The notes beneath the pieces are model-generated. The model saw nothing but the letters and a program-made list of their open reading frames with translations, ran no database searches and was not told the origin of the DNA. Source: Candidatus Paceibacter sp. (GTDB lineage Bacteria > Patescibacteriota > Patescibacteriia > S139-126). Taken from it: a stretch of 64,000 nucleotides of DNA. How positions within the stretch are numbered: the first letter of the stretch is position 1; each line of letters begins with the position of its first letter. Position numbers and translations under genes: made by a program. Positions 18,159-27,455 of this stretch are shown here, piece after piece. The stretch is taken from positions 89,438-153,437 of the forward strand of contig DYGA01000001.1 of the NCBI GenBank assembly GCA_020724865.1, written 5' to 3'.

Positions 18159-18770
18159 CTATCTAATTATTTTATCAACTAAGCCATAACTAATTGCTTC
18201 TTCTGCAGACATATAATAGTCACGATCAGTATCTTTTTCGATTCGCGATAAACTTTGCGAAGTATGCTTTGCCAAAATTTTATTCAAACGATCTTTAATT
18301 TTTAAAATATGCTCAGCCCGAATTTTTATATCAGAAGCCTGTCCTTCAGCGCCACCCATAACTTGATGCAACATCACTTCGCTATTTGGTAAAATAAAAC
18401 GTTTGCCTTTAGCCCCAGCAGCCAGCAAGACTGCTCCCATGGATGCAGCTGTGCCTATACAAATAGTAGATACTGGTGATTTAACATATTGCATTGTATC
18501 ATAAATTGCCATGCCAGCAGTCACCAAACCACCCGGCGTATTAATATACAACTTAATATCATCATCATTGCTTTGTGAGTCAAGAAATAACATTTGAGCA
18601 ATTACAGCATTTGCTACTGTATCATCTATTGGTGTGCCTAAAAAAATTATTCTATCTTTCAACAGCCGAGAATATATATCATAAACCCTTTCACCATACT
18701 GAGTTTTTTCAATTATAGTAGGGATAATAAACATACTATCTTTTATTTTTGATGTTTTTTCATTATTCAT
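18159..18770 (-). CDS. clpP: Clp protease proteolytic subunit
   Basis: [33 protein letters not shown]. Confidence 0.97.
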   Translation of the reverse strand: MNNEKTSKIKDSMFIIPTIIEKTQYGERVYDIYSRLLKDRIIFLGTPIDDTVANAVIAQMLFLDSQSNDDDIKLYINTPGGLVTAGMAIYDTMQYVKSPVSTICIGTAASMGAVLLAAGAKGKRFILPNSEVMLHQVMGGAEGQASDIKIRAEHILKIKDRLNKILAKHTSQSLSRIEKDTDRDYYMSAEEAISYGLVDKIIR

Positions 18771-18798
18771 ATATTTATAATTATCTAATTAAATAAAT

Positions 18799-19773
18799 TT
18801 AGATTACTTCCCAAATCTTACGTTCCTCATTATACCTAATCTGACCACGGATAGTAAACCCAGCTGCTTTTTTATGCCCACCACCACCAAAAAATTTTGC
18901 CAATTTACCGACATCGCAATTATCTTCTGTTGTTCGTAAGGAACCTTTTATCAAGCCGCCGCTTTCTTCTCTCAAAATCATAACAATCTTAGCATCACTT
19001 AAACTATTCATAAAGTTAGCTAACCCTTCTACCGCCTCGCTTTTTACCTCAGAAAAATCACGAAAATCATCTTGCAATAAAACCGTAAAAGCAATTTGAT
19101 ATTTTTCATTTAATTGCAGTCTTTCCAAAGCTCGTCCCCAAAGTTTTAAACTTTTAATTGTCTTATTTTTGGTTAGGGAATGCACAATCGTATTGACACT
19201 TGCTCCGGCTATTAATAAATTCGCCGCTTGTCCTAAAGCACTTTGGTTGGTAGCAGGATTAGTAAAAATACTGGTATCAGTAAAAATGCCATTCAATAAA
19301 CAAGTGGCAATTTTTTTGTTTAGATTAATATTATTCGCTTGAAAAAATTCATGTACCAATGTGGCAGTAGCTGAGGCAGTGGTATCAACAACATTTATAT
19401 CACCAAAATAATCGTTAGTATGATGATGATCAATATTTAGCAAATAAGCATCGGCTCTTTTTTCTTGTTTAATTTTTTCAGCAATGCCAGTTCGGCTAAT
19501 ATCTCCACAATCCAAAATTAACAATAAATCAAAATTACTGAGATTAAAATTATTAGAATCAGTAACTATTTCCTCAACGCCTGGTAAAAAATTGAAAATT
19601 TCAGGAATTGGTTCTGGTGAAAAAGCTAAATATCTTTTATTTAATGACGCCAACCAATGCATCATGGCTAAAGTTGAACCTATGGCATCACCACAACGGG
19701 CATGTCCTTGAACAAAAATATTTTCAGACTTAAGTATAATTTGATATATGTTTTGTAAAACTCTTTTATCCAT
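18799..19773 (-). CDS. nrnA: DHH/DHHA1 nanoRNase/pAp phosphatase (NrnA family)
   Basis: GDAIGS, ILDCG, NIDHH, GSLR, GGGGHKKAAG. Confidence 0.85.
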   Translation of the reverse strand: MDKRVLQNIYQIILKSENIFVQGHARCGDAIGSTLAMMHWLASLNKRYLAFSPEPIPEIFNFLPGVEEIVTDSNNFNLSNFDLLLILDCGDISRTGIAEKIKQEKRADAYLLNIDHHHTNDYFGDINVVDTTASATATLVHEFFQANNINLNKKIATCLLNGIFTDTSIFTNPATNQSALGQAANLLIAGASVNTIVHSLTKNKTIKSLKLWGRALERLQLNEKYQIAFTVLLQDDFRDFSEVKSEAVEGLANFMNSLSDAKIVMILREESGGLIKGSLRTTEDNCDVGKLAKFFGGGGHKKAAGFTIRGQIRYNEERKIWEVI

Positions 19774-19880
19774 AATTATAAATAGCTTTTTATACTATAA
19801 TATCAGTATAAAAAATGCAAGAAAAAAACCAACCAAATAATTTGGTTGATTAAAAGATTACTACTAATTTATATTTATAT

Positions 19881-20213
19881 TTAAATACTATCTAAAATTT
19901 TATTGATCTCATTTTCTTGCTGCATGCCTTTATCAATAAAAAATCTTATTTTGGGAACGAATTTAAGAGTTAATCTTTTATCTAAAAGTTTTTGCAAATG
20001 ATAAATATTTTGTTCTAATAACTGTAAGATTGGTTGTGTTTGTTCATCGGGTAAAACAGTTACAAAAATATCAGCGTGTTCTAAGGAAGAAGAAACTTCG
20101 ACCCGACTAATAGTTAAAAGTGTGCCGATCGGTAATTCTAATTCGGTATGCAAAATTTCTCCTAGCTCTTTTTGCACCAAGCTATTTACTTGTTCTTGGC
20201 GACGAGAAGACAT
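19881..20213 (-). CDS. rbfA: Ribosome-binding factor A
   Basis: RRQEQVNSLVQKELGEI, TISRVEVSSSL, VPKIRFFID; follows infB. Confidence 0.92.
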   Translation of the reverse strand: MSSRRQEQVNSLVQKELGEILHTELELPIGTLLTISRVEVSSSLEHADIFVTVLPDEQTQPILQLLEQNIYHLQKLLDKRLTLKFVPKIRFFIDKGMQQENEINKILDSI

Positions 20214-20216
20214 AGG

Positions 20217-22214
20217 CTAATTTTTGATTTCTTGTAATTTTTGTTTGACTTTTGTTTCTACAAAAAATTCCAATTCATCTTCAGGTTGCAGGGCTATACT
20301 CCCAGAATATTCTAAACCACATTCACTGCCTGACAATACCTTACTCATTTGTTCGGGACCAACCCGTAACTGCTGTACCTGCCCTTCGCCAACTATTTTT
20401 CCATTTCGCCAAACTATCAATTTTGCTCCAGTAACAATTTCTCCGGTCAAAACTTTTACACCAACAATCATCTTTTGTTTTTGTCCACGAAAAATCGCCA
20501 ACACCTTTCCTTTGCCTTTTATTTCTCGGTTATAAATAGGATCAAGTAAATCTTCCAATTTTTCTTCTACATCTTCCAATAATTTATAAATGATTTGATA
20601 TAATTTTATATCAATTTTTTTCTCTTTAGCTACTTCATAAGCTTGCGGAGTGGCACTAACATTAAAACCATAAATATGCGCTTTAGTACTTTCGGCTCGC
20701 ACCACGTCAACTTCAGTAATATTACCTAGACCCTTATAAATAATATTTACCATCACCTGCCTACCATTATATTTTTTTAACGACTGCGTGATGGCCTCCA
20801 AAGAACCAGCAACGTCAGTTTTCAATAAAATATTATATTTTTTTATTTTACTCTTTTTTTCATCTTCAGACTGTTTGCCTTTAAAATCAGAAGGTTGGTA
20901 TTTTTTATAATCTAATTGTCGACGCAATAGTTTCAAATCCACTCCTGCCTCCAATATCTCACCAACTGCTGGTACCCTTTCTAAACCAATTATCCGCGCC
21001 GGGGTGGAAGGGGTAGCTAAATCAATTTTTTTTCCTTGATAATCCTGCATGCTTCTAATTTTACCTAATACATTACCCACTTTGACTCGATCGCCAACAC
21101 GCAAAGTGCCACTATGAATTAGTACGGTAGCTACAGGGCCAGTACCTTTATCTAAGTGTGATTCAATAATAGTGCCAACAGCTAGAGTATCATATTCAGC
21201 TTTAATTTGTTCTTGATTTAAATCGGCTGTAAGCAATACCATTTCCAAAAGTTCATTGATGTTTGTTCCATCTTTGGCTGAAACCGAAACACAAATAACA
21301 TTTCCACCCCAATCTTCGGGAATCAAATTTATTTCAGCTAATTCTTTTTTTACTTTTTCAACATCAGCATCTGGTTTATCAATCTTATTTATGGCAACAA
21401 TCATTGGCAGTCCAGCATCTTGGATCATCTTAATAGCCTCGATTGTCTGCGGCTGAATTCCGCTGTCAGCCGCTACTACCAAAATAGCAATATCAGCCAC
21501 ATTGGCCCCTCGGGAACGCATAGCTGAAAAAGCTTCATGTCCTGGAGTGTCAATAAAAGTAATCATGCGTTCGTTTTTTACCACTTGATAAGCACCAATG
21601 TGTTGAGTGATACCGCCAGCTTCTGATGCTATAACATTAGCTTCTCTAATAGTATCAAGTAATTTAGTCTTACCATGATCAACATGACCCATTACTACCA
21701 CAATTGGAGGTCTGGATAATAATTTGTCTGATTTTTTAGTACGAATCTGCTTTAATTTTTCTTGAATTATTTGCTGTTGCTTTTCATCTAAATTTGACTC
21801 ATCAACCAAAACTGTTTTATATCCTAAACTTTCAGCTACTATTGTCGTAATTTCAAAATCAACTTTTTCTGATAAGGAAGCCATAATGCCATGTTTCATC
21901 AATTCAGTAATCATAGCTGGAGCAGACAAATGTAAACGTTCGGCTAAATCTCTTACCGAAATCGTTTGAGGTACTTTTATTATTCTCTCAGATTTATTTT
22001 CAGCGCTTGGTTCGGTCATTTCATTAACAGCTTGATATTTTTCTTCCAATTGTAGCCTTCTTTTTTCTTCATTCCATTTAGCAATAATTCTTTCCGCCAT
22101 ATCATCAGGTACTTTAATTGCTTTCATACCAATATCAAAGCCGAGCTTAGGTAATTTTTCTTTAAGCTCGCTGGTTGGAACTTTTAATTTTCTGGCTAAC
22201 TCAGTTAGATTCAT
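20217..22214 (-). CDS. infB: Translation initiation factor IF-2
   Basis: MGHVDHGKT, GITQHIGAY, DTPGHEAF, NKID. Confidence 0.98.
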   Translation of the reverse strand: MNLTELARKLKVPTSELKEKLPKLGFDIGMKAIKVPDDMAERIIAKWNEEKRRLQLEEKYQAVNEMTEPSAENKSERIIKVPQTISVRDLAERLHLSAPAMITELMKHGIMASLSEKVDFEITTIVAESLGYKTVLVDESNLDEKQQQIIQEKLKQIRTKKSDKLLSRPPIVVVMGHVDHGKTKLLDTIREANVIASEAGGITQHIGAYQVVKNERMITFIDTPGHEAFSAMRSRGANVADIAILVVAADSGIQPQTIEAIKMIQDAGLPMIVAINKIDKPDADVEKVKKELAEINLIPEDWGGNVICVSVSAKDGTNINELLEMVLLTADLNQEQIKAEYDTLAVGTIIESHLDKGTGPVATVLIHSGTLRVGDRVKVGNVLGKIRSMQDYQGKKIDLATPSTPARIIGLERVPAVGEILEAGVDLKLLRRQLDYKKYQPSDFKGKQSEDEKKSKIKKYNILLKTDVAGSLEAITQSLKKYNGRQVMVNIIYKGLGNITEVDVVRAESTKAHIYGFNVSATPQAYEVAKEKKIDIKLYQIIYKLLEDVEEKLEDLLDPIYNREIKGKGKVLAIFRGQKQKMIVGVKVLTGEIVTGAKLIVWRNGKIVGEGQVQQLRVGPEQMSKVLSGSECGLEYSGSIALQPEDELEFFVETKVKQKLQEIKN

Positions 22215-22383
22215 AAATTTATAACTGTTTAAATTTACTGAAAAAAGCCTAATTTGTCAATTATTTTAATAAAAATGTTTTATCTATATTAAAAAAATTA
22301 TAATCTTGACACCTTGACCCAAACAGAGTAGTATGTTTTAATTGTTTGTTTAGATATAAACAATTACTTCGAGTTATTTTTTT

Positions 22384-23526
22384 ATGTTAAACGAAAAACA
22401 ACAAATATTAGAACAAATAAATCGGGCTAAAGAGATACTGGTAACCTGCAAAGAACATTATTCGGGCGACAGTTTGGCTTCAGTTTTAGCTTGGCAATAT
22501 ATATTAAAAAAAATGGGGAAAAGCGCTACCGCTGTAATTAGTAATTTTACCATTCCTAATACCTATAAATTCTTACCACAAATCAATGATATCAAATCAG
22601 ATTTGTTGCACTTAAAAAAATTTACGATTGTTGTCAAAACTACTCAGGCTCCTATTGAAGAACTCAGTTACGATAAAACTGATCAAGCGATATTAATTTC
22701 TTTGACCCCAAAATTTGGCATTTATTCTGAAAAAGACGTTTCCTTTCAGTCATCTGATTATAAATACGATTTAATTTTTGTTTTAGATAGTCCTGACTTG
22801 GAATCCATCGGACAAATATACGAAAAACAAACTGATTTTTTTTATCATACTCCAATTATAAATATTGATCATTCACCGGCCAATGAATATTTTGGGCAAA
22901 TTAATGTAGTTGATTTAACTGCCACTGCAACTAGTGAAATTACCTTTTCACTTCTTAACTCGTTGGGGATTGAATTACTAGATGAAACTTTAGCTACTTA
23001 TATATATACTGGGATGACTGAAAAAACAAAAAGTTTCAAAACTAATAACGTTACACCTAACACTCTAAACATCGCCTCTCAACTGATTCAAGCTGGGGCT
23101 GATCGGGAAAAAATAATTACTCATCTTTATCGAACTAAATCAATTCAAATTTTAAAATTATGGGGACGAGCTTTGGCTAAACTCCAACTAGATCCTAAAC
23201 TAAAATTAGCTTGGACCAGCTTAAACAAATTGGACTTTGCAAAAACTGGTACTAAAGAAGAACATTTACAAGGCTTAGTTGAAGAAATTATTACTGAAAC
23301 GCCACAAGCGGAAATTATTTTAATATTTTCTTATCATGATGATCAAACTATTAATCTGCAAATACATACCAATCATAAATATAATGCCATGGGTTTACTA
23401 AAAACATATTCCCCTGAAGGAAATAAAACTTGGGCAAAAGCAAAGATAAAAAGCGACAATTTAGAAAATATGGTTACCACCATAATTACAGAGATAAAAC
23501 AGCATTTAGAAAAAACAATAATCTAA
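22384..23526 (+). CDS. Divergent DHH-family protein (NrnA paralog)
   Basis: GDSLAS, FVLDSP, INIDHS (DHH changed to DHS), LKLWGRAL as in the neighbouring NrnA; no GGGH motif. Confidence 0.8.
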   Translation: MLNEKQQILEQINRAKEILVTCKEHYSGDSLASVLAWQYILKKMGKSATAVISNFTIPNTYKFLPQINDIKSDLLHLKKFTIVVKTTQAPIEELSYDKTDQAILISLTPKFGIYSEKDVSFQSSDYKYDLIFVLDSPDLESIGQIYEKQTDFFYHTPIINIDHSPANEYFGQINVVDLTATATSEITFSLLNSLGIELLDETLATYIYTGMTEKTKSFKTNNVTPNTLNIASQLIQAGADREKIITHLYRTKSIQILKLWGRALAKLQLDPKLKLAWTSLNKLDFAKTGTKEEHLQGLVEEIITETPQAEIILIFSYHDDQTINLQIHTNHKYNAMGLLKTYSPEGNKTWAKAKIKSDNLENMVTTIITEIKQHLEKTII

Positions 23527-23626
23527 AGTTTAACTATCAACAAACTTTTGCTATAATATTTAAGCCCTTTTAAGATATAAATTTATCTAATTTACTTTCC
23601 CCTCAATTTGCTCGGAGAATATTTTT

Positions 23627-23703
23627 GCGCGTATAGCTCAGTTGGTTAGAGCACCACTCTTATAAAGTGGGGGTCGATGGTTCAAGTCCATCTACGCGCA
23701 CCA
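23627..23703 (+). tRNA. tRNA-Ile(TAT)
   Basis: GCGCGTA/TACGCGC-ACCA; CCACT-CT-TAT-AA-AGTGG. Confidence 0.93.
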
Positions 23704-23760
23704 CTTTATAATCTATCCTTGAGTTTAATTTTAGAACTTAATTCGTCTCATCTCTTTTGT

Positions 23761-23837
23761 GAGTCTGTAGCTCAGTTGGTTAGAGCGCCACGTTGACATC
23801 GTGGAGGTCAGTGGTTCAAATCCACTCAGGCTCACCA
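23761..23837 (+). tRNA. tRNA-Val(GAC)
   Basis: GAGTCTG/CAGGCTC-ACCA; CCACG-TT-GAC-AT-CGTGG. Confidence 0.95.
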
Positions 23838-23948
23838 GAAGAGATGAGATAAATTAACATCTCGTTAAAAATAAGATATACATATTTTTTACTCTAATTT
23901 TAAACTGAACGTTTTATTTTCAAAAACTAATTATTAATTAATAATTTT

Positions 23949-24131
23949 ATGAGTTTATTTGAAAAATTGTTCAATAAACCAAAAACAGAAAAAGAACCAG
24001 AAGACGACCAAAGTTTACACGAAAACATAAATGAATTTACTGAGAGATTAGAAAATGATGAGAATGATGAGAGCAAGGATGATTCTGGAAAAGAATCTAC
24101 CGCCGAACAACTAGACCAAGAAAAAAAATAA
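23949..24131 (+). CDS. Small acidic hypothetical protein
   Basis: 60 aa with an amphipathic MSLFEKLF start and D/E-rich body, followed by a terminator hairpin at 24141-24170. Confidence 0.55.
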   Translation: MSLFEKLFNKPKTEKEPEDDQSLHENINEFTERLENDENDESKDDSGKESTAEQLDQEKK

Positions 24132-24185
24132 ATTATTTTTCGCCCCAAAGTCAGATTGGGGCGATTTTTTTGCTATAATTAAACT

Positions 24186-25088
24186 ATGCAAATCATCTTC
24201 ACAAAAACAGAAAAACAAAGGTTAGACAAATTTTTGACTGAAAAATTTTCCCAGCTTTCTCGATCTTATTGGCAAAAAGAAATTAAAAAAAGAAATATAT
24301 TAGTCAACCAACAAACTGTCACTCCACATCACTTTTTAAAAAATGGAGATACTATAGATATCAATGTTGCTCCAGAAAAAATAACCACTCCAAAAATTTG
24401 GCCACTTAAAATAGTTGCCGAATCTGATAATTTTTTAATTATCAATAAACCGGCTGGACTTACTGTGCACAGAACTCACAACAACAGTACTGAATATACT
24501 TTAGCCGACATGCTCCTAGCCCGCTGGCCCATCTTAAAAAGTGTTGGCGAAAACCATTTGCGTCCAGGTATTGTTCATCGTTTAGACAAAGAAGTTTCTG
24601 GCGTTATGATAATAGCAAAAAACAACACTGCCTTTTGGCATTTAAAAAAACAATTTAAAAACAGACAAATAAAAAAAATCTATCTCGGCCTGGTTTATGG
24701 ACAAATGCCAGATTTATCGGGAAAAATAGATTTTAAAATTACTCGCTCTAGTCGCAGTGGAAAAATGGTTGCCAGACCTAGCAATCAAATTGGTAAAGAC
24801 GCTTTAACTGAATATGAAGTCATTAGAAGTAATCAACATTATTCATATTTAAAAATAACACCTCATACTGGCCGGACTCATCAAATTAGATTACATCTGG
24901 CTGCCTTAGGACATCCTCTAGTTGGAGAATATTTACATATACCAAAAAAATTGAAACGATTTAAAAATATTGATAGGATATTTTTACACGCTTATTCTTT
25001 GGGTTTTTATGATTTAACAAACAACTGGCAAGAGTATAAAGTACCGCTACCGACTAACCTTAAAAAAATTTTAAATTCACTCTTATGA
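24186..25088 (+). CDS. rluD: RluA/RluD-family 23S rRNA pseudouridine synthase
   Basis: S4 domain RLDKFL, INKPAGL, VHRLDKEVSG, TGRTHQIR, FLHA. Confidence 0.88.
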   Translation: MQIIFTKTEKQRLDKFLTEKFSQLSRSYWQKEIKKRNILVNQQTVTPHHFLKNGDTIDINVAPEKITTPKIWPLKIVAESDNFLIINKPAGLTVHRTHNNSTEYTLADMLLARWPILKSVGENHLRPGIVHRLDKEVSGVMIIAKNNTAFWHLKKQFKNRQIKKIYLGLVYGQMPDLSGKIDFKITRSSRSGKMVARPSNQIGKDALTEYEVIRSNQHYSYLKITPHTGRTHQIRLHLAALGHPLVGEYLHIPKKLKRFKNIDRIFLHAYSLGFYDLTNNWQEYKVPLPTNLKKILNSLL

Positions 25089-25648
25089 TTATTACTATCA
25101 GTGGCCACCCTGGTTCGGGAAAAACCACTATTGCTAAACGTATTGCTGAGGCATTAGGATATAAACATTTTTACATGGGTAAAATTCGTCGTGAAGCTGC
25201 TAAAAACAGAGGAATGACTTTGGCAGAATATAATGCTTTCGGCGAAAACAATCCAAGTACTGATAGCGAAGTCGATGAGCTGGTAAAAAAGCTAGGGATG
25301 ACACAAGATAATTTCGTAATTGAAAGCCGAACTGCTTGGTACTTAATTCCGCAATCAATAAAAATCTTTATTACCGTTGATCCTATGATTGGCGCCGAAA
25401 GGGTTTTTAAAGAATTGCAAACCACTAATCACCGTAATGAAGATAAAGAATTGAAAAATGTTTATGAAGTTTTGGCCAGTCATAACAAACGTATGGCCAG
25501 CGATAAATTACGTTATCATAAATATTATGGCATTGATTTTGATGATCCAAAAAATTTTGATTTTATAATTGATACATCAAAACTTACTCCCCAAGAAGTT
25601 TTTGATCAAACTATGTCTTTCATCAAACAAAAAATATCAAATCCTTGA
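25085..25648 (+). CDS. cmk: Cytidylate kinase-like protein (archaeal-type Cmk)
   Basis: IITISGHPGSGKTT, VIESR, RYHKYYGID, IIDTS. Confidence 0.8.
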   Translation: MIITISGHPGSGKTTIAKRIAEALGYKHFYMGKIRREAAKNRGMTLAEYNAFGENNPSTDSEVDELVKKLGMTQDNFVIESRTAWYLIPQSIKIFITVDPMIGAERVFKELQTTNHRNEDKELKNVYEVLASHNKRMASDKLRYHKYYGIDFDDPKNFDFIIDTSKLTPQEVFDQTMSFIKQKISNP

Positions 25649-25673
25649 CAGAATAGCAGTTTTAGGATAGATT
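25645..25673 (+). promoter_or_regulatory. Sigma70 promoter of rplS
   Basis: TTGACA-N17-TAGATT. Confidence 0.6.
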
Positions 25674-25741
25674 TTATAAAGTCCTAAAATTAATATTTGG
25701 GATTTTTCATTTGCTAATACCTTTTTGTTAATACTAAAATT

Positions 25742-26089
25742 ATGTCTATAACAAACAACAATGCCACGGCTAAACCAATTAAACTTGAACCAGGTTTAAC
25801 TGTTAAAATTTATCAAAAAGTAAAAGAACTAAATACTAAAGGTGAAGAAAAAGAAAGAATTCAAGTATTTGAAGGTCTAATTATTGCGATAAAAAAACCA
25901 AACACCAAAACCGGCACTTTTACAGTAAGAAAAGAATCGTCTGGAATCGGAGTTGAAAAAGTTTTTCCTATTCATTCTCCGCTGATCACAAAAATAGAAG
26001 TAATTAAAAAAGCCAAGGTTAGACGGGCAAAACTTTATTACACCCGAACTAGCAGTAAAAAACTCAAAGATAAAAAAATAAATAAATAA
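25742..26089 (+). CDS. rplS: 50S ribosomal protein L19
   Basis: [33 protein letters not shown]. Confidence 0.97.
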   Translation: MSITNNNATAKPIKLEPGLTVKIYQKVKELNTKGEEKERIQVFEGLIIAIKKPNTKTGTFTVRKESSGIGVEKVFPIHSPLITKIEVIKKAKVRRAKLYYTRTSSKKLKDKKINK

Positions 26090-26123
26090 ATTTATTAAAA
26101 ATTTTTTTTAGATTCAGCCATGT

Positions 26124-26209
26124 GCCCAGATGGTGGAATTGGTATACACACTAGGTTGAGGGCCTAGCCCGGTAACGGGGTGAGGGTTCGAGTCCCTCTC
26201 TGGGCACCA
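26124..26209 (+). tRNA. tRNA-Leu(GAG)
   Basis: GCCCAGA/TCTGGGC-ACCA; CTAGG-TT-GAG-GG-CCTAG; long variable arm. Confidence 0.95.
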
Positions 26210-26315
26210 GTTGTATATAGAATTAAGAATTTAAAATTAACTATAAATAGTTTTGGTTGATAAATTTACGAACGACTAATTAACATATTAAAAAGTTTAT
26301 TTAATTTTAAACTTG

Positions 26316-26392
26316 GGGTTTGTAGCTCAGTTGGTTAGAGCGCCTCGTTTACACCGAGGAGGTCAGAGGTTCGACTCCTCTCAAACCCACCA
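26316..26392 (+). tRNA. tRNA-Val(TAC)
   Basis: GGGTTTG/CAAACCC-ACCA; CCTCG-TT-TAC-AC-CGAGG. Confidence 0.95.
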
Positions 26393-26552
26393 GGCATAAT
26401 GAATTCCCTGTAGATACCAAATCAAATCCACCAGACCAAAATTACTATACAACAATAACGGATGAAATATAGATACTATCCATTTTTTTATAAAACCATT
26501 TAATAAAAATAAAAAAATCATTATAATTTAAACAAATAACTAATATAATAAT

Positions 26553-26810
26553 ATGGGCAATATTATCATCGGTCTAATTATGGTTCTTGTTGGTTTTTTA
26601 TTAGTTTGGAAAACAGCATGGTTGGTCAATAATTTTGGTCGTATTGCTTGGTTTGAACAACACCTGCATACCATGGGCGGTTCTTGGCTGGCTTACAAAT
26701 TATTCGGCATTTTGTTTATAATTATTGGATTACTGGTTATGACTAATCTTCACCAACAAGCCGCTTCGGCAATTCTTACACCATTATTTGGTCGCGGTTT
26801 ACAAAAATAA
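26553..26810 (+). CDS. Small two-TM membrane protein
   Basis: 85 aa; two hydrophobic helices flanking FGRIAWFEQHL...GGS. Confidence 0.75.
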   Translation: MGNIIIGLIMVLVGFLLVWKTAWLVNNFGRIAWFEQHLHTMGGSWLAYKLFGILFIIIGLLVMTNLHQQAASAILTPLFGRGLQK

Positions 26811-26815
26811 TAAAG

Positions 26816-26891
26816 GGGCCCGTAGCTTAGCTGGTAGAGCGCCTGCTTTGCAAGCAGGAGGTCAGGAGTTCAAATCTCCTCGGGTCCACCA
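26816..26891 (+). tRNA. tRNA-Ala(TGC)
   Basis: GGGCCCG/CGGGTCC-ACCA with G3:U70; CCTGC-TT-TGC-AA-GCAGG. Confidence 0.96.
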
Positions 26892-27239
26892 AAGTTGATT
26901 AGTTACCTAGCTTGACTACTCACCACTATAACAACAAGCGTTAAGTTATAATTTTATTCACAATAATTTTTTTAAAAAAAACCGCCAAAGTTTAATACAT
27001 AAAAAAATATTTTTATATTTTTTATTTAATAAAAAGAATTTAACAATTCTTTTTATTTTTTTATTTGTAAAGTTTTCCACACTTGCTTTTACTTGACTAA
27101 CAAAAAATGGTATAATAAATACGAAATTATTTATTTTAAATAATTTGATTCAAAAAATTTTACAATTATTTTCAATAAATAAATTTTAATATTAATTGAG
27201 GTCTCGTGCGCCTCATAATCCCAGGGAGGAGGTGATAAT

Positions 27240-27338
27240 ATGGCAAAAAAGAAAGTTAAAAAAGCTGCAAAAAAGAAGGTGGCAAAAAAGAAAGCTGCTC
27301 CAAAAAAGAAAAAAGTAGCAAAAAAGAAAAAGAGATAA
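27240..27338 (+). CDS. 32-aa lysine-rich histone-H1-like microprotein
   Basis: MAKKKVKKAAKKKVAKKKAAPKKKKVAKKKKR*; strong SD GGAGGAGGTGA; extended -10 TGGTATAAT at 27108-16; terminator downstream. Below the ORF-track size cutoff. Confidence 0.8.
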   Translation: MAKKKVKKAAKKKVAKKKAAPKKKKVAKKKKR

Positions 27339-27352
27339 ACTTTTCACTCTTC

Positions 27353-27389
27353 ACTAAAAACCCCACTACATGACGTGTGGGTTTTTAGT
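27353..27389. terminator. Bidirectional terminator between the microprotein and EndoQ
   Basis: ACTAAAAACCC...GGGTTTTTAGT. Confidence 0.7.
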
Positions 27390-27455
27390 TTATATAATTT
27401 TAAATTATTTTAAAAACTTAAAATTTTTTTATTTTAAATTTTATACTAATATTAG

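Noticed and set aside
26940-27090. oriC in the AT-rich gap after tRNA-Ala
   Set aside because: Only two one-mismatch DnaA-box-like 9-mers and no replication genes nearby; better explained as the microprotein promoter region.
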